Counted from the stretch's first letter, positions 9,452-19,153 are shown. The stretch: 64,000 nt of DNA from Sulfurimonadaceae bacterium (GCA_041548245.1 JBFESZ010000002.1:1-64000); one strand, 5' to 3'. The notes: generated by a model not told the origin, from the letters alone. Made by a program: numbers and translations.

Positions 9452-10150
9452 ATGACACAAGAAGAACTTGATGCGTTGATGAGTGCGGATATTGATGCAT
9501 TAGATGAAGAAGAAACCTCTTCTGAAAAGCCTGTTTCTATTGAAGAAGATGGTGAAGAAGAAGTTCAAAACATAACTGCAAATGCTGATGATTATAAAGT
9601 CTCGGCTTCGCATAATTGGCCACCTCCACCACCGACTGATGATCATAAGATGGTGCATCAGCTTGATGATGTTACGAAAGAGAGCGAGGAGAAAGCTTCT
9701 GAGATCTTTGATCATATTGAAAAGATCAGTAACGAGCTCATGGAAGCAGAAGGGACTCTAGCTGATGTCGCTGAGACTTTTGAGAGTAATATAGCCTTAT
9801 TTAAGACACTGAGTGAAAAGTTCCCGGACGTCGAATCGTTTAAGACACAGCTAGAGAAAAACAGGACATCTAAAGAAACGGTAGAAGCTCATATACAATC
9901 CCTGCAGGATCATGGTGACACAATTATGAACGTGATGGATATCATGCAGTATCAAGATATACACCGACAAAAGATCGAGCGTGTCATTAATGTAATGCGT
10001 GCACTTTCGGGTTATATGAATGAACTTTTTTCAGGCAAAATTGACGATGATAAACGTGTTGCCTCTGCGCGGCATCTTCCGGGTGACAAGAGTGATGATG
10101 TCGTTTCGACTGAGGATATTGAAAGTCTATTGGCTTCATTTAGCAAGTAG
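9452..10150 (+). CDS. cheZ: Epsilonproteobacterial CheZ-like chemotaxis phosphatase
   Basis: 'MTQEELDALM' start, 'WPPPPPT', catalytic 'QYQDIHRQKIERV', C-terminal 'DIESLLASF'; glnA-cheZ-U32-purE synteny. Confidence 0.85.
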   Translation: MTQEELDALMSADIDALDEEETSSEKPVSIEEDGEEEVQNITANADDYKVSASHNWPPPPPTDDHKMVHQLDDVTKESEEKASEIFDHIEKISNELMEAEGTLADVAETFESNIALFKTLSEKFPDVESFKTQLEKNRTSKETVEAHIQSLQDHGDTIMNVMDIMQYQDIHRQKIERVINVMRALSGYMNELFSGKIDDDKRVASARHLPGDKSDDVVSTEDIESLLASFSK

Positions 10151-10224
10151 TTGAAATTTTTAATTCTTTGAAGTGGGGAAGTTCGCTAAAATTCACTAAA
10201 AAATATTGCTAAAGAAAAAAAACA

Positions 10225-11517
10225 ATGAATAAAGTAGAACTTCTCGCTCCTGCGGGAAACCTTGAAAAACTAAAGATTGCACTTGATTACGGGGCTGATG
10301 CTGTATATGGTGGTGTCAGCCATTTCTCTTTGCGTATTCGATCCGGTAAAGAGTTTACTATGGAGAGCTTTAAAGAGGGGATAGAGTATGCGCATGCTCG
10401 GGGCAAAAAAGTCTATACCACAATAAACGGTTTTCCTTTCAATTCCCAGATAGAGCTTTTAAAAAAGCATATAGAAGCGATTGCAGACTTAGGCCCAGAT
10501 GCGATTATTGTCGCAACGCCTGGAGTTTTAAAACTCGCACGTGAGATTGCTCCGCATATTGACCTTCATCTCTCCACGCAGGCCAATGTCATGAATGTTT
10601 TGGATGCGGCGATCTATTACGAGATGGGTGCAAAACGTATTATCACCGCACGTGAGATCTCTTTGAAAGACCTGAAAGAGATCAAAAAAGAGCTCCCTGA
10701 TCTTGAATTGGAAGTATTCGTCCACGGTTCGATGTGTTTTGCCTACAGTGGACGTTGTTTGATCTCAACACTTCAAAGCGGACGGGTTCCAAACCGCGGT
10801 TCATGCGCGAATGACTGTCGTTTCCCTTATGAGATGTATGCAGCAAATCCTGAGACGGGGACCCTTTTCAGGCTTGAAGAGGATCCGGGTGTCGGAACCT
10901 ACATTATGAATTCAAAAGACCTCAATCTTGCTTCGCATATGAAGGAGATTCTAGACAGCGGGTGCGTTGATTCACTTAAGATCGAAGGGCGAACCAAAAC
11001 CTCTTATTACGCAGCAACAACAGCAAAAGCCTATCGTATGGCCATTGATGACTATTATGAAGGAAAATATGAGCCGGAGCGTTATCAAGAGGAGCTCGAG
11101 AGTATGCAAAATCGTGGATTCACGGACGCGTATCTTATTAACAGACCGTTTGAAAAACATGACGGACAGAGCCTTGATTTCACGATGCAGATGGGAACGC
11201 ACCAAGTGACAGGTATGGCAACAGAATCAGGTGAATATTACATGTGCAAGTTTACTACAAAGCCGGGTGACAAGTTAGAGATCATGGCTCCTCTTAATGC
11301 CGGGATTGAAGAGGTGGATAATGAATACGGTTCGATTGTGTTTGAAAACGGAAAACCTTATCTTATCTTCAAAAAACTTGAGGCTGAGAACAAGAAGATA
11401 TGGGACGCAGTACACAGTGGAAATGTAAACCCTATACGATTGCCGGTAAAATTGCCCCAATATACATTTTTTAGAATTCCTGCCGGTGACGAGATTAATC
11501 AGGCACCGCCAAGATAG
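10225..11517 (+). CDS. Peptidase U32 family protein (TrhP/YegQ-like tRNA hydroxylation)
   Basis: 'ELLAPAG', 'HLSTQAN', Fe-S Cys 'HGSMCFAYSGRC...NRGSCANDCR', 'SLKIEGR'. Confidence 0.9.
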   Translation: MNKVELLAPAGNLEKLKIALDYGADAVYGGVSHFSLRIRSGKEFTMESFKEGIEYAHARGKKVYTTINGFPFNSQIELLKKHIEAIADLGPDAIIVATPGVLKLAREIAPHIDLHLSTQANVMNVLDAAIYYEMGAKRIITAREISLKDLKEIKKELPDLELEVFVHGSMCFAYSGRCLISTLQSGRVPNRGSCANDCRFPYEMYAANPETGTLFRLEEDPGVGTYIMNSKDLNLASHMKEILDSGCVDSLKIEGRTKTSYYAATTAKAYRMAIDDYYEGKYEPERYQEELESMQNRGFTDAYLINRPFEKHDGQSLDFTMQMGTHQVTGMATESGEYYMCKFTTKPGDKLEIMAPLNAGIEEVDNEYGSIVFENGKPYLIFKKLEAENKKIWDAVHSGNVNPIRLPVKLPQYTFFRIPAGDEINQAPPR

Positions 11518-11573
11518 CAAAAAAAATTAATGTATAATGGCGATAATAAACGAGAAGAACAAGAAGGATTGGA

Positions 11574-12068
11574 ATGAAATTTGTTTCTATTATCATGGGA
11601 AGTAAAAGTGACTATGATGTAATGAAATCGTGTGCAGATACTTTTGATGCCTTTGGTGTGCATTACGAACTGGTCATCTCTTCAGCTCATAGAAGCCCAG
11701 AACGTACGAGAGAGTATGTCAAGGCAGCAGAAGCAAAAGGTGCACAGGTTTTTATCGCTGCAGCAGGTATGGCAGCACACCTTGCCGGTGTGTTGGCTTC
11801 AAAGACGATTAAACCTGTTATTGGTGTTCCGATGAGTGCTTCGGCGTTGAGTGGTATTGATGCGCTTCTTTCCACAGTACAGATGCCTGCAGGTATGCCG
11901 GTTGCAACCGTTGCCATCGGAAAAGCGGGCGCGATCAATTCGGCTTATCTGGCCATGCAGATTTTGGCTTTAAATAATGAAGACTTGAGTGTGAAACTAG
12001 CTGAAGACCGTATAGCAAAAGCTAAAAAAGTCGAGATGGATTCTTTAGAAATAGAGACTATACTATAG
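11574..12068 (+). CDS. purE: N5-CAIR mutase
   Basis: 'MGSKSD', 'SAHRSP', 'AGMAAHL', 'QMPAGMPVAT'. Confidence 0.97.
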   Translation: MKFVSIIMGSKSDYDVMKSCADTFDAFGVHYELVISSAHRSPERTREYVKAAEAKGAQVFIAAAGMAAHLAGVLASKTIKPVIGVPMSASALSGIDALLSTVQMPAGMPVATVAIGKAGAINSAYLAMQILALNNEDLSVKLAEDRIAKAKKVEMDSLEIETIL

Positions 12069-12125
12069 CAAAAATATCATCCAAAGGACTTTCTAAAGAT
12101 GATATGCTGATGAAGGAGAATGATA

Positions 12126-12638
12126 ATGGAAGGTGATTGGATTACGATTCAAGAATACTCTGAACTTACAGGACTAAGCCCTGATGCCATTGACGACCTG
12201 ATGGAACGGGGCAAGCTGGAATGTAAAAAAGAGAATGGTAAGCTTTACATTGATCCTTCTCGGGGTATGCAGGCAATTGTGCCTACGGAAATGAACGAGA
12301 TCGCTACATTGGGTGCAAGTATCAATGTCGGTCCACAGTTCATTGAGAAGACCATTGGTACTATCATCAATCTTCATGAGAGAGTACTTGATGCCAAAGA
12401 CGAGACCATAGAATCCGTCAAAAGTGAAAACCTTTTTTTAAAAGAGGCACTCTCATCACTGCAAGAACTATATGAAGAAGATAGAAAAACGATTGAGACT
12501 TTGACAACACAACTTAACCATTCGCAAGATGAGGTAGAGTTTATGAAACGCAAATATAAACTTATGTGGGGCAAGGTCGTCGAAGAGTATGCTGGCAATA
12601 CCCCGCATGTTAAAGAAGCACTCAAGGACAAACAGTAG
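12126..12638 (+). CDS. DUF3972-family protein (HTH-like N-terminus + coiled coil)
   Basis: 'EKTIGTIINLHERVLDAKDET', 'KRKYKLMW'; conserved position after purE; ATG 12126 is best spaced from AGGAG. Confidence 0.8.
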   Translation: MEGDWITIQEYSELTGLSPDAIDDLMERGKLECKKENGKLYIDPSRGMQAIVPTEMNEIATLGASINVGPQFIEKTIGTIINLHERVLDAKDETIESVKSENLFLKEALSSLQELYEEDRKTIETLTTQLNHSQDEVEFMKRKYKLMWGKVVEEYAGNTPHVKEALKDKQ

Positions 12639-12691
12639 AGAAGATTCGGACTTCTAAGATTTAAGTCCTCTACTGGAAAGATGGATACTTT

Positions 12692-13576
12692 TTGAATATT
12701 GACCCAGCCTGTGTAGAATGTATTATCAAGCAGAGTAAACGTGTAGCTGATGCCATACATGCGGATGAAAAACTTACTAAAGAGATTGTCCAAGCGGTAG
12801 AAGCAATGGCTCCAGGATTTTCTTTTGAACAGAGCCCACCTGAAGTGGCTGCTGCAGTGTATGAGAAGATGGCACAGATCGCAGGAAAAGTAGACCTTTA
12901 TGATGAGGTCAAGAGACTTTCAACAGACAAAGCTCATAGTTTTATCCCTCATCTAGAAGAGAAGATAGCAGCTTCGTCCAAACCTCTTTTGACGGCAACT
13001 AAGGTGGCAGTTGCAGGAAATGTCATAGATCTGGCAGCGGAGTATGCCTTCGATCTGAATGAAGAACTTGAGAAGATATTTCATACGAATTTCGCCGTCA
13101 ATGATTTTGATAAACTTCAAGCGAGACTCTCCGAAGCTTCCACTCTTTTGTATATCGCTGACAATGCCGGCGAGCATATCTTTGACAAGATATATATCAA
13201 AGCGATCCTTTCGCTATATCCAGAACTTGAGATCTATTACATGACCAGGGGTAATGCGATTATCAATGATGTGACATACGAAGAAGCAAAGGAGGCAGGT
13301 TTTGATACAATCTGCCATCTGGTTAACAGCGGGGTTAACACTCCTGGTTTTGTATATTCAAGAGCCAATAAAGAAGCGCAAAGGCTTTTTGATACGGCAG
13401 ACCTTGTTCTGACTAAAGGCATGGGAAATTATGAATGTCTAAGCGATAAGGGACGAGAAGACCTTTTTTTTCTTTTAAAGGTAAAATGCAATGTCGTAGC
13501 CAACTCTTTAGGTCAAGAAGTCGGAGATATTATCTGTAAACGTTATGAACTCCAAACACCTTCGACAGAACGTTGA
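12692..13576 (+). CDS. DUF89/ARMT1-family damage-control phosphatase
   Basis: 'CVEC', 'AGNVID', 'DNAGE', 'KGMGNYE', 'LKVKC'. Confidence 0.88.
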   Translation: MNIDPACVECIIKQSKRVADAIHADEKLTKEIVQAVEAMAPGFSFEQSPPEVAAAVYEKMAQIAGKVDLYDEVKRLSTDKAHSFIPHLEEKIAASSKPLLTATKVAVAGNVIDLAAEYAFDLNEELEKIFHTNFAVNDFDKLQARLSEASTLLYIADNAGEHIFDKIYIKAILSLYPELEIYYMTRGNAIINDVTYEEAKEAGFDTICHLVNSGVNTPGFVYSRANKEAQRLFDTADLVLTKGMGNYECLSDKGREDLFFLLKVKCNVVANSLGQEVGDIICKRYELQTPSTER

Positions 13577-14559
13577 CAAAAGGGACAAGTTCCATTTTGT
13601 ATATTCTTCTCAAAGATCTCTTCATTACGTCTTTGCATGAGCAGTCTCTGGCAGGAAGGGCAGTATGTCTCATTTAAAAAAGGGACATTACCAAAATAGA
13701 CGTAATGCAGACCTTGTGCAAGGGCTATCTCATAAGCATTCAAAAGGCTCTTTGTTGACGTGGCGGAGTATGAGAGCATCTGATTGTTAGGAAAAAAGGC
13801 ACTCAAATGCCATGGTATATGAGTGCCTAGTTCTTCATCAATAAAACGCGCAATGGAAGTAAGTTCATCGTCTGAATCATTGACACCATCAATAAGAAGT
13901 GTTGTGATTTCAAGCCAAAGGGAGCTTCGTGCTAGAATCTTCAGGTTTTGTTTTATCGCACTGAGATCTGCTCCCAGGATATTTTTATAATAGGCAGCAT
14001 TAAAACTTTTTAGATCTACATGTACTCCATCAAGCCATGAAGGCATATCGTAAGCGATCTCTTCCGACATGTATCCGGAGGTCTGCATGACAAGTTTGAT
14101 ACCTTTGTCTTTGGCAATACGGCCTATCTCTTTGGCATAAGGGTAATAGATGACAGGTTCATTATAGCCAAAGGATATGATCTTGATATTTTGTTCAAGC
14201 GCGAGCTTGACGATCTCAACAGGAGAAAGATAAAGAGGCTCGACATTATTAAAGTGTTGAGATATTTGATGATTTTGGCAGGATGGACAATGAAGGTTAC
14301 ATCCGACAGTCCCGATACATAAGACAAGACTGCCTGGCAAAAAGTGCAAAAAAGGGCGATTTTCAATATAGTCGATACTGATTGCTGATGGCTTGTCTTT
14401 TGTTATGCCTATAAGTTCGTTATTGATGTTCTTTTGATTGGCACAACGACCGACTTCATTTGGCTTGAGTTGACAGTAGTGCTGGCAGATCAGGCAGGTG
14501 ATGTGGGTGTTGTGTCTTTCAAAATAGCGTAGAGGTTTATCGGAGTATAGGTTGGTCAC
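13543..14559 (-). CDS. amrS: AmmeMemoRadiSam radical SAM enzyme (AmrS-like, divergent)
   Basis: 'GCNLHCPSCQN' CxxxCxxC, 'YNEP', 'VDLKSF', 'PWHLSAFFP', C-terminal CPxC...CPxC; adjacent to an AMMECR1 gene. Confidence 0.8.
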   Translation of the reverse strand: MTNLYSDKPLRYFERHNTHITCLICQHYCQLKPNEVGRCANQKNINNELIGITKDKPSAISIDYIENRPFLHFLPGSLVLCIGTVGCNLHCPSCQNHQISQHFNNVEPLYLSPVEIVKLALEQNIKIISFGYNEPVIYYPYAKEIGRIAKDKGIKLVMQTSGYMSEEIAYDMPSWLDGVHVDLKSFNAAYYKNILGADLSAIKQNLKILARSSLWLEITTLLIDGVNDSDDELTSIARFIDEELGTHIPWHLSAFFPNNQMLSYSATSTKSLLNAYEIALAQGLHYVYFGNVPFLNETYCPSCQRLLMQRRNEEIFEKNIQNGTCPFCQRSVEGVWSS

Positions 14560-15100
14560 TTTGTTTCTCGACTTGGAATGTAAAGACTTTTGGATGTTTA
14601 TTCATCATCTCAGATGTTAGTCCGGCCTCTTGTAAGAGATGAGAAAAAAAGGCATCAAAACTATCGAGTTGATTCCAGATCTGAGGTAAAAAAGCAGCCT
14701 GTTTATCACCAAGAGTGATAATGAGGCCATCCATACCGCATCTTATCTGTTCTTTGATATCGGAGATACTCTGATAAGCGATCTCCTTCGGCTCTGTGAG
14801 TAAAGAGAGTTCAAGGCTGGCATGCAGATATTCCGAAGTCTTTAAGGGGGTAAACCTTCTGTCCTCAAAGGCCGCTGATTTCGCATTATGTATGATGTCA
14901 TCAAGTAGGGGCCGTGTAGGAATGATGGAACCCATCGAACCACGTAACTCATCATCAAGATAGATGGTGACGAAGGAAGCAATATGCTTTTTCAGAACAG
15001 GGAACTCTTTGTAGAGGTCTTCTTTCTTGATGGTGTTGTGTGCTTCAAAAACTTCCGTAATGGACTCTCGTGCAATTTTTAGAAGTAATGATTTGGACAT
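14537..15100 (-). CDS. amrA: AmmeMemoRadiSam protein A (AMMECR1 domain)
   Basis: 'LLKIARESI', 'FVT...LRGSMG', 'AAFEDRRF.P', 'FLPQIW'. Confidence 0.82.
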   Translation of the reverse strand: MSKSLLLKIARESITEVFEAHNTIKKEDLYKEFPVLKKHIASFVTIYLDDELRGSMGSIIPTRPLLDDIIHNAKSAAFEDRRFTPLKTSEYLHASLELSLLTEPKEIAYQSISDIKEQIRCGMDGLIITLGDKQAAFLPQIWNQLDSFDAFFSHLLQEAGLTSEMMNKHPKVFTFQVEKQSDQPILR

Positions 15101-15172
15101 GATAAACCACCATCTTGGATTGAAAAATTTGTGTGATAAATCTATTATAGCGTAAAAGTTGAAATGCTTTTT

Positions 15173-15682
15173 TTATTTGAAATCATTCTCTTCCATGCAG
15201 GGGGCAGTCCCCTCGGAGACTCGGCAATACGAAGAGCCCTCATCAAAGATAAGAAGATAGGGACGTCGTTTCATCTTTAGCCCTTTAGCAGTTTTGGCTA
15301 TGTTATGGGTGATTTCGAGTGTCTCTTTTTTAACTTTGAAACTTTCTAGCAGGTCATAATCCTCATAGATCATAATATCTTTAAGTGCCTCTAGACGATC
15401 GGCAGATTGATAGATGTATTGTATATAGGTGTCGGAATGAAACTTTGGCAGTCTATAGAGAAAAATATAGTAGGAGTTCTTTATTTGAAGGTCTTTACGT
15501 TTACTGATGAGGTCGATAAAGAGCTGGGATTTGGAGCATAAAGGATCCACGAAAGTGTAGATTCTAGTTGGTCCTGAACCTATGCGAATCGCATATTTAG
15601 AGATAGAATCGACGAGCTTTTGATACTCATGTACAGCGAAGAGGTTAAGAACTAAGACAAGTAATATGGCGAAAGCTTTCAT
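15173..15682 (-). CDS. Secreted DsbC/DsbG-like thioredoxin-fold protein (CxxS)
   Basis: Signal peptide; 'IGSG...IYTFVDPLCSKS'. Confidence 0.55.
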   Translation of the reverse strand: MKAFAILLVLVLNLFAVHEYQKLVDSISKYAIRIGSGPTRIYTFVDPLCSKSQLFIDLISKRKDLQIKNSYYIFLYRLPKFHSDTYIQYIYQSADRLEALKDIMIYEDYDLLESFKVKKETLEITHNIAKTAKGLKMKRRPYLLIFDEGSSYCRVSEGTAPCMEENDFK

Positions 15683-15745
15683 AATACACTTCTCCTAAAC
15701 TCAATGATAGGACAAGATCTCTTGAAAAGTCTTCATTTTTTTCGG

Positions 15746-16642
15746 TTAATTCTCTTTTTTAAGACCGTAATATCTGTGCCTTTGGAGGATGACCTTTGCC
15801 CAAGATGTATGGGCAAATTTTTCTCCCATCTGCCCATCTTGAATAATAATGGCATCGGTATTTTTATCTAACATCTTTAAGGCCATAGCATACTCGTTAG
15901 GAGTGACTTTGTATGCTTCATTAATAGGAGCTATCTGATTGGGATGGATAATGGTTTTTCCTATAAGACCTTGACGAAGATCTTCGATGACATTCCGTTT
16001 ATAAAGCTCATGCTTGTCAATACAGTTGAAGACAGTCGCTGAGATATTGAAGCCGAAGGGTTTAAAGGTATTTATCACATCCGCGATAACTCTGGAGGGA
16101 GCGACAAGTTCATAGATACTGTCTTCACATCTGCGTTTGAGACCAAGGTATTGCATCAAATCCTCGCCTCCCAAACGAAGGCTTAAGATATCAAGGTTGG
16201 AGTCTAATAAAAAGGAACGGATTCTTTCAAGCTTTTCTTTACTAAAGATATCAAGGCTTTCAAGTACGGGCATGAGGTAAAATTGATGGCCTGATGTATG
16301 AATGATTTGTGCGTATTCATACATGACTCCGGTTGAAAACTTAGGCAGAGAAAAACCATCTATTTGCTCAATGTTTTTAATCTTCAATAGACTTCTCAGT
16401 ACATCGGGATTGCGCGGGCGTATAAATACACAAAGTTCATTCGGCTGATAGTTCTTTAACATGTGAGTGATGTTTTCTATAGCAGTTTCGAGCTCTTTTT
16501 CATCTATAGCATCTTCGGTATCTATAATACATGAACGCAGATCAGGATATTTATTCTCATTGCAGACAGCAGCGACATTTTTGTGGGTTGCGGGTATATA
16601 CAGAGTACCACCGAGTTGAATGGGAGATAAGTTTCGAATCAT
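15746..16642 (-). CDS. HpcH/HpaI aldolase / citrate lyase beta-like TIM-barrel protein
   Basis: 'LGGTLYIPAT', 'DTEDAI', 'FIRPRNP', 'LPKF', 'RLGGEDL', 'GKTIIHPNQI'. Confidence 0.85.
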   Translation of the reverse strand: MIRNLSPIQLGGTLYIPATHKNVAAVCNENKYPDLRSCIIDTEDAIDEKELETAIENITHMLKNYQPNELCVFIRPRNPDVLRSLLKIKNIEQIDGFSLPKFSTGVMYEYAQIIHTSGHQFYLMPVLESLDIFSKEKLERIRSFLLDSNLDILSLRLGGEDLMQYLGLKRRCEDSIYELVAPSRVIADVINTFKPFGFNISATVFNCIDKHELYKRNVIEDLRQGLIGKTIIHPNQIAPINEAYKVTPNEYAMALKMLDKNTDAIIIQDGQMGEKFAHTSWAKVILQRHRYYGLKKEN

Positions 16643-16678
16643 AGGAATATCTTAACAAATGAATGATAAAGTGAAGCT

Positions 16679-16909
16679 ATGAAAAAAATAATTTTAATAC
16701 AGATGATACTTCTGTCCTCGTTGATGGCAGAAAAAGGGTTCGAACGGGTTATAGAAGAGTCTAAAGAAAAGGCTTGTGCACAAGCTAGAAAAAAGGCATA
16801 TCAATCGTATCATATCTTTCAGATGAATTCCGGATGCAGCTGTAAACAAACAGAGAGTAAGGAGTGGATGTGTGAGATATATTTTAACTTTAGCGGAAAA
16901 AGAGGTTAA
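16679..16909 (+). CDS. Small secreted Cys-containing hypothetical protein
   Basis: MKKII signal peptide; four Cys (AC, GCSC, WMC). Confidence 0.6.
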   Translation: MKKIILIQMILLSSLMAEKGFERVIEESKEKACAQARKKAYQSYHIFQMNSGCSCKQTESKEWMCEIYFNFSGKRG

Positions 16910-17002
16910 GAATTTTAAGTACAAATAAATAGAAATTAATGAATAATGGGGCGTTTTACAGGTCATTAGAGAATAATGACATTTCACACAGAAGGAATGT
17001 AT

Positions 17003-18193
17003 ATGAAAATTTTAGGGATGAGTATAGCACTTGCAGGAACACTTTTAGCCTCAGATTATAGTTATGAGGTATCACCAATGTTTGGAGGATTCCAGCCAGA
17101 AGACAAACTAAATATAGACAGACAGACAGCCTACGGTGCTCGCTTTCAGATGAATGATTATAATCTTTTCGGATTGGTACCGGAGCTCAGTTTTGATCGT
17201 ACAACTGATACAGACTACGACACACAAGTAGGCGATACCGTAATCAACCGTTATGGCTTTAATGGCTTGCATGACTTCAAAGATTTTAGTGATACTTTGG
17301 TACCCTATTTCTTGGTCGGTCTTGGTTATGAAGATGTTAAAGATGAACCTCTCGTGAATTATGACAGTTCATTATATGTCAATTATGGAGGTGGTATAAA
17401 GTGGAAGGTTGTTGAAGACATTGCTCTTCGCGCTGAAGTGAAGCATCTTCTTCGTACCAATGACAGTGGGGATGAATTGTATTACGGCATAGGTTTGAGT
17501 ATTCCATTTGGTGAAAAAGCATCTGAGCCAGTAAAAGAAGAAGAACCTGCTCCAGTTGAGGAGGTAGTTGAAACAGCTCCTATGGACAGTGATAAAGATG
17601 GCGTCTCTGATGCCCAGGATAAATGTCCAAACACACCGGCTGGAAGATCGGTAGATGTGAACGGTTGTGAGTTTGATGGTGACAATGATGGTGTTGTTGA
17701 TGCTCAAGACAAATGTTCAAATACACCGGCTGGAAGATCAGTAGATACGAACGGATGTGAGATTGATAGTGATAAAGATGGCGTCGTTGACGGTTTGGAT
17801 CAATGTCCGAACACGGTATCCGGGGTTAGTGTAGATGTGAACGGATGTGCAGAAAGCATTATTTTGGCAATCAAGTTTGAATACGCATCATCCAAGATCA
17901 ATGAGAAAGATTCACCGCAATTGAAAGAGTATGCAGACTTTATGAAGCGAAATAGTGCCTACGACGTAACTATAGTGGGTCACACAGATAGTATGGGTTC
18001 TGCTGAGTACAACCAAAAACTTTCTCAGGCAAGAGCAGATTCAGTCAAAGCGAACTTGGTCCGTAATGGCGTGGAAGCTTCTCGTATAAAAACAGCCGGT
18101 AAAGGTGAAGATGAGCCGATGGCGGATAACGGTACGGCAGAGGGAAGAGCAGAGAACCGCCGCATCGAAGCAAAATTGAAACTAAACGATTAA
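17003..18193 (+). CDS. OmpA/CadF/OprF-family outer membrane protein with TSP3 repeats
   Basis: N-terminal beta-barrel, Pro/Glu linker, DxDxDG repeats, OmpA_C 'GHTDSMG..YNQKLSQARA...NRRIE'. Confidence 0.92.
   Translation: MKILGMSIALAGTLLASDYSYEVSPMFGGFQPEDKLNIDRQTAYGARFQMNDYNLFGLVPELSFDRTTDTDYDTQVGDTVINRYGFNGLHDFKDFSDTLVPYFLVGLGYEDVKDEPLVNYDSSLYVNYGGGIKWKVVEDIALRAEVKHLLRTNDSGDELYYGIGLSIPFGEKASEPVKEEEPAPVEEVVETAPMDSDKDGVSDAQDKCPNTPAGRSVDVNGCEFDGDNDGVVDAQDKCSNTPAGRSVDTNGCEIDSDKDGVVDGLDQCPNTVSGVSVDVNGCAESIILAIKFEYASSKINEKDSPQLKEYADFMKRNSAYDVTIVGHTDSMGSAEYNQKLSQARADSVKANLVRNGVEASRIKTAGKGEDEPMADNGTAEGRAENRRIEAKLKLND
17585..17854 (+). repeat. Three tandem 90-bp (30-aa) thrombospondin type-3 repeats in the OmpA gene
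   Basis: DSDKDGVSDAQDKCPNTPAGRSVDVNGCEF / DGDNDGVVDAQDKCSNTPAGRSVDTNGCEI / DSDKDGVVDGLDQCPNTVSGVSVDVNGCAE. Confidence 0.9.
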
Positions 18194-18203
18194 GTGGGTT
18201 TCT

Positions 18204-18229
18204 TAGGGATGACCTTTAAGGTTTCCCTA
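18204..18229. terminator. Hairpin between convergent genes, likely terminator
   Basis: TAGGGAtgACCTT-t-AAGGTtTCCCTA. Confidence 0.5.
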
Positions 18230-18262
18230 TAATCAATAATCTAAAGACGTTCATCTGAGATA

Positions 18263-19153
18263 TTAAAAAAGGTTTGCACGCTCTTTGAGATTTTTACAAT
18301 ACTGCTTTGCTGCTTTAAGGTTTTCTTTCTTTTCGGCGTCGGCCAATGCATCAGGATTGACATTCTTTAGGTAATACTCTACATATTTGCAAAGATTCAG
18401 ATCACCCATAATGTGGGCATCTTTTTTAAACTTTTGTACCACGGCCGATTTTTCGGAATCGATAAAAAGTTTCTCATTGAATTCGTATCCAAAATAACTT
18501 AAAGACTGGGTGTATTGATAATCGAGTTTCTCTTTTACTGTCTTGAAAAAGTCCAGGAAGGATGCTTTGTGCTCAAGCTCAAAGTTTTGTAAAAGTGTCT
18601 GCACTTCATCAAGCTCATTGCGTCTTTGCCCTAAAAAGTGGACGGTATCAACATGTTCTCGGCGAAGCATCTTAAGGGAGTCTATTTTCTCTTTTGGTAT
18701 ATCTTTGACAGCTGTGGTCTCTCGCATCTTCTGCATCTTTGCATTTTCTGCTTGAAGTCTTGTATGAAGGCTCTCCTCACTTGAGATAAGCATCTGGAGC
18801 TCAGCCTTAAGCGCATCATATTTCTTCTGTTGAGTGACATACTCATCTTGGGCATGCAGGAACTCTTTGTTATAGACTTGCATAGCATGTTTACTCTTCG
18901 CTCTAAACTCAGTATAGGCTTGATCAAGGGCTTGGATGATTTTAAATGAGCTGAGTAACTCGGCATTATAGATGGCTTGATCGAGGTCTTTCATCATCCC
19001 TGCAGCAGAAAAAATAAAATCTTTAAATACCGAATATTTAAAACTTTCATCGAAGTCAAATGAGATCATCATGAAATATTTTTTTACAAGTCTTACATCA
19101 TTCTGAAAAAATGAGAGAACGACATCTTTCTGCGGGGTTGTGAGATTTATCAT
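18263..19153 (-). CDS. Hypothetical coiled-coil protein
   Basis: 296-aa ORF with RBS GAGG and heptad-rich centre; no motif recognised. Confidence 0.65.
   Translation of the reverse strand: MINLTTPQKDVVLSFFQNDVRLVKKYFMMISFDFDESFKYSVFKDFIFSAAGMMKDLDQAIYNAELLSSFKIIQALDQAYTEFRAKSKHAMQVYNKEFLHAQDEYVTQQKKYDALKAELQMLISSEESLHTRLQAENAKMQKMRETTAVKDIPKEKIDSLKMLRREHVDTVHFLGQRRNELDEVQTLLQNFELEHKASFLDFFKTVKEKLDYQYTQSLSYFGYEFNEKLFIDSEKSAVVQKFKKDAHIMGDLNLCKYVEYYLKNVNPDALADAEKKENLKAAKQYCKNLKERANLF

Noticed and set aside
12633-12675. Imperfect hairpin after DUF3972
   Set aside because: Probably an ordinary terminator-like structure at a synteny break; no further signal
17585-17854. Regular 90-bp repeats as a possible CRISPR array
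   Set aside because: In-frame coding TSP3 repeats with no unique spacers and no cas genes
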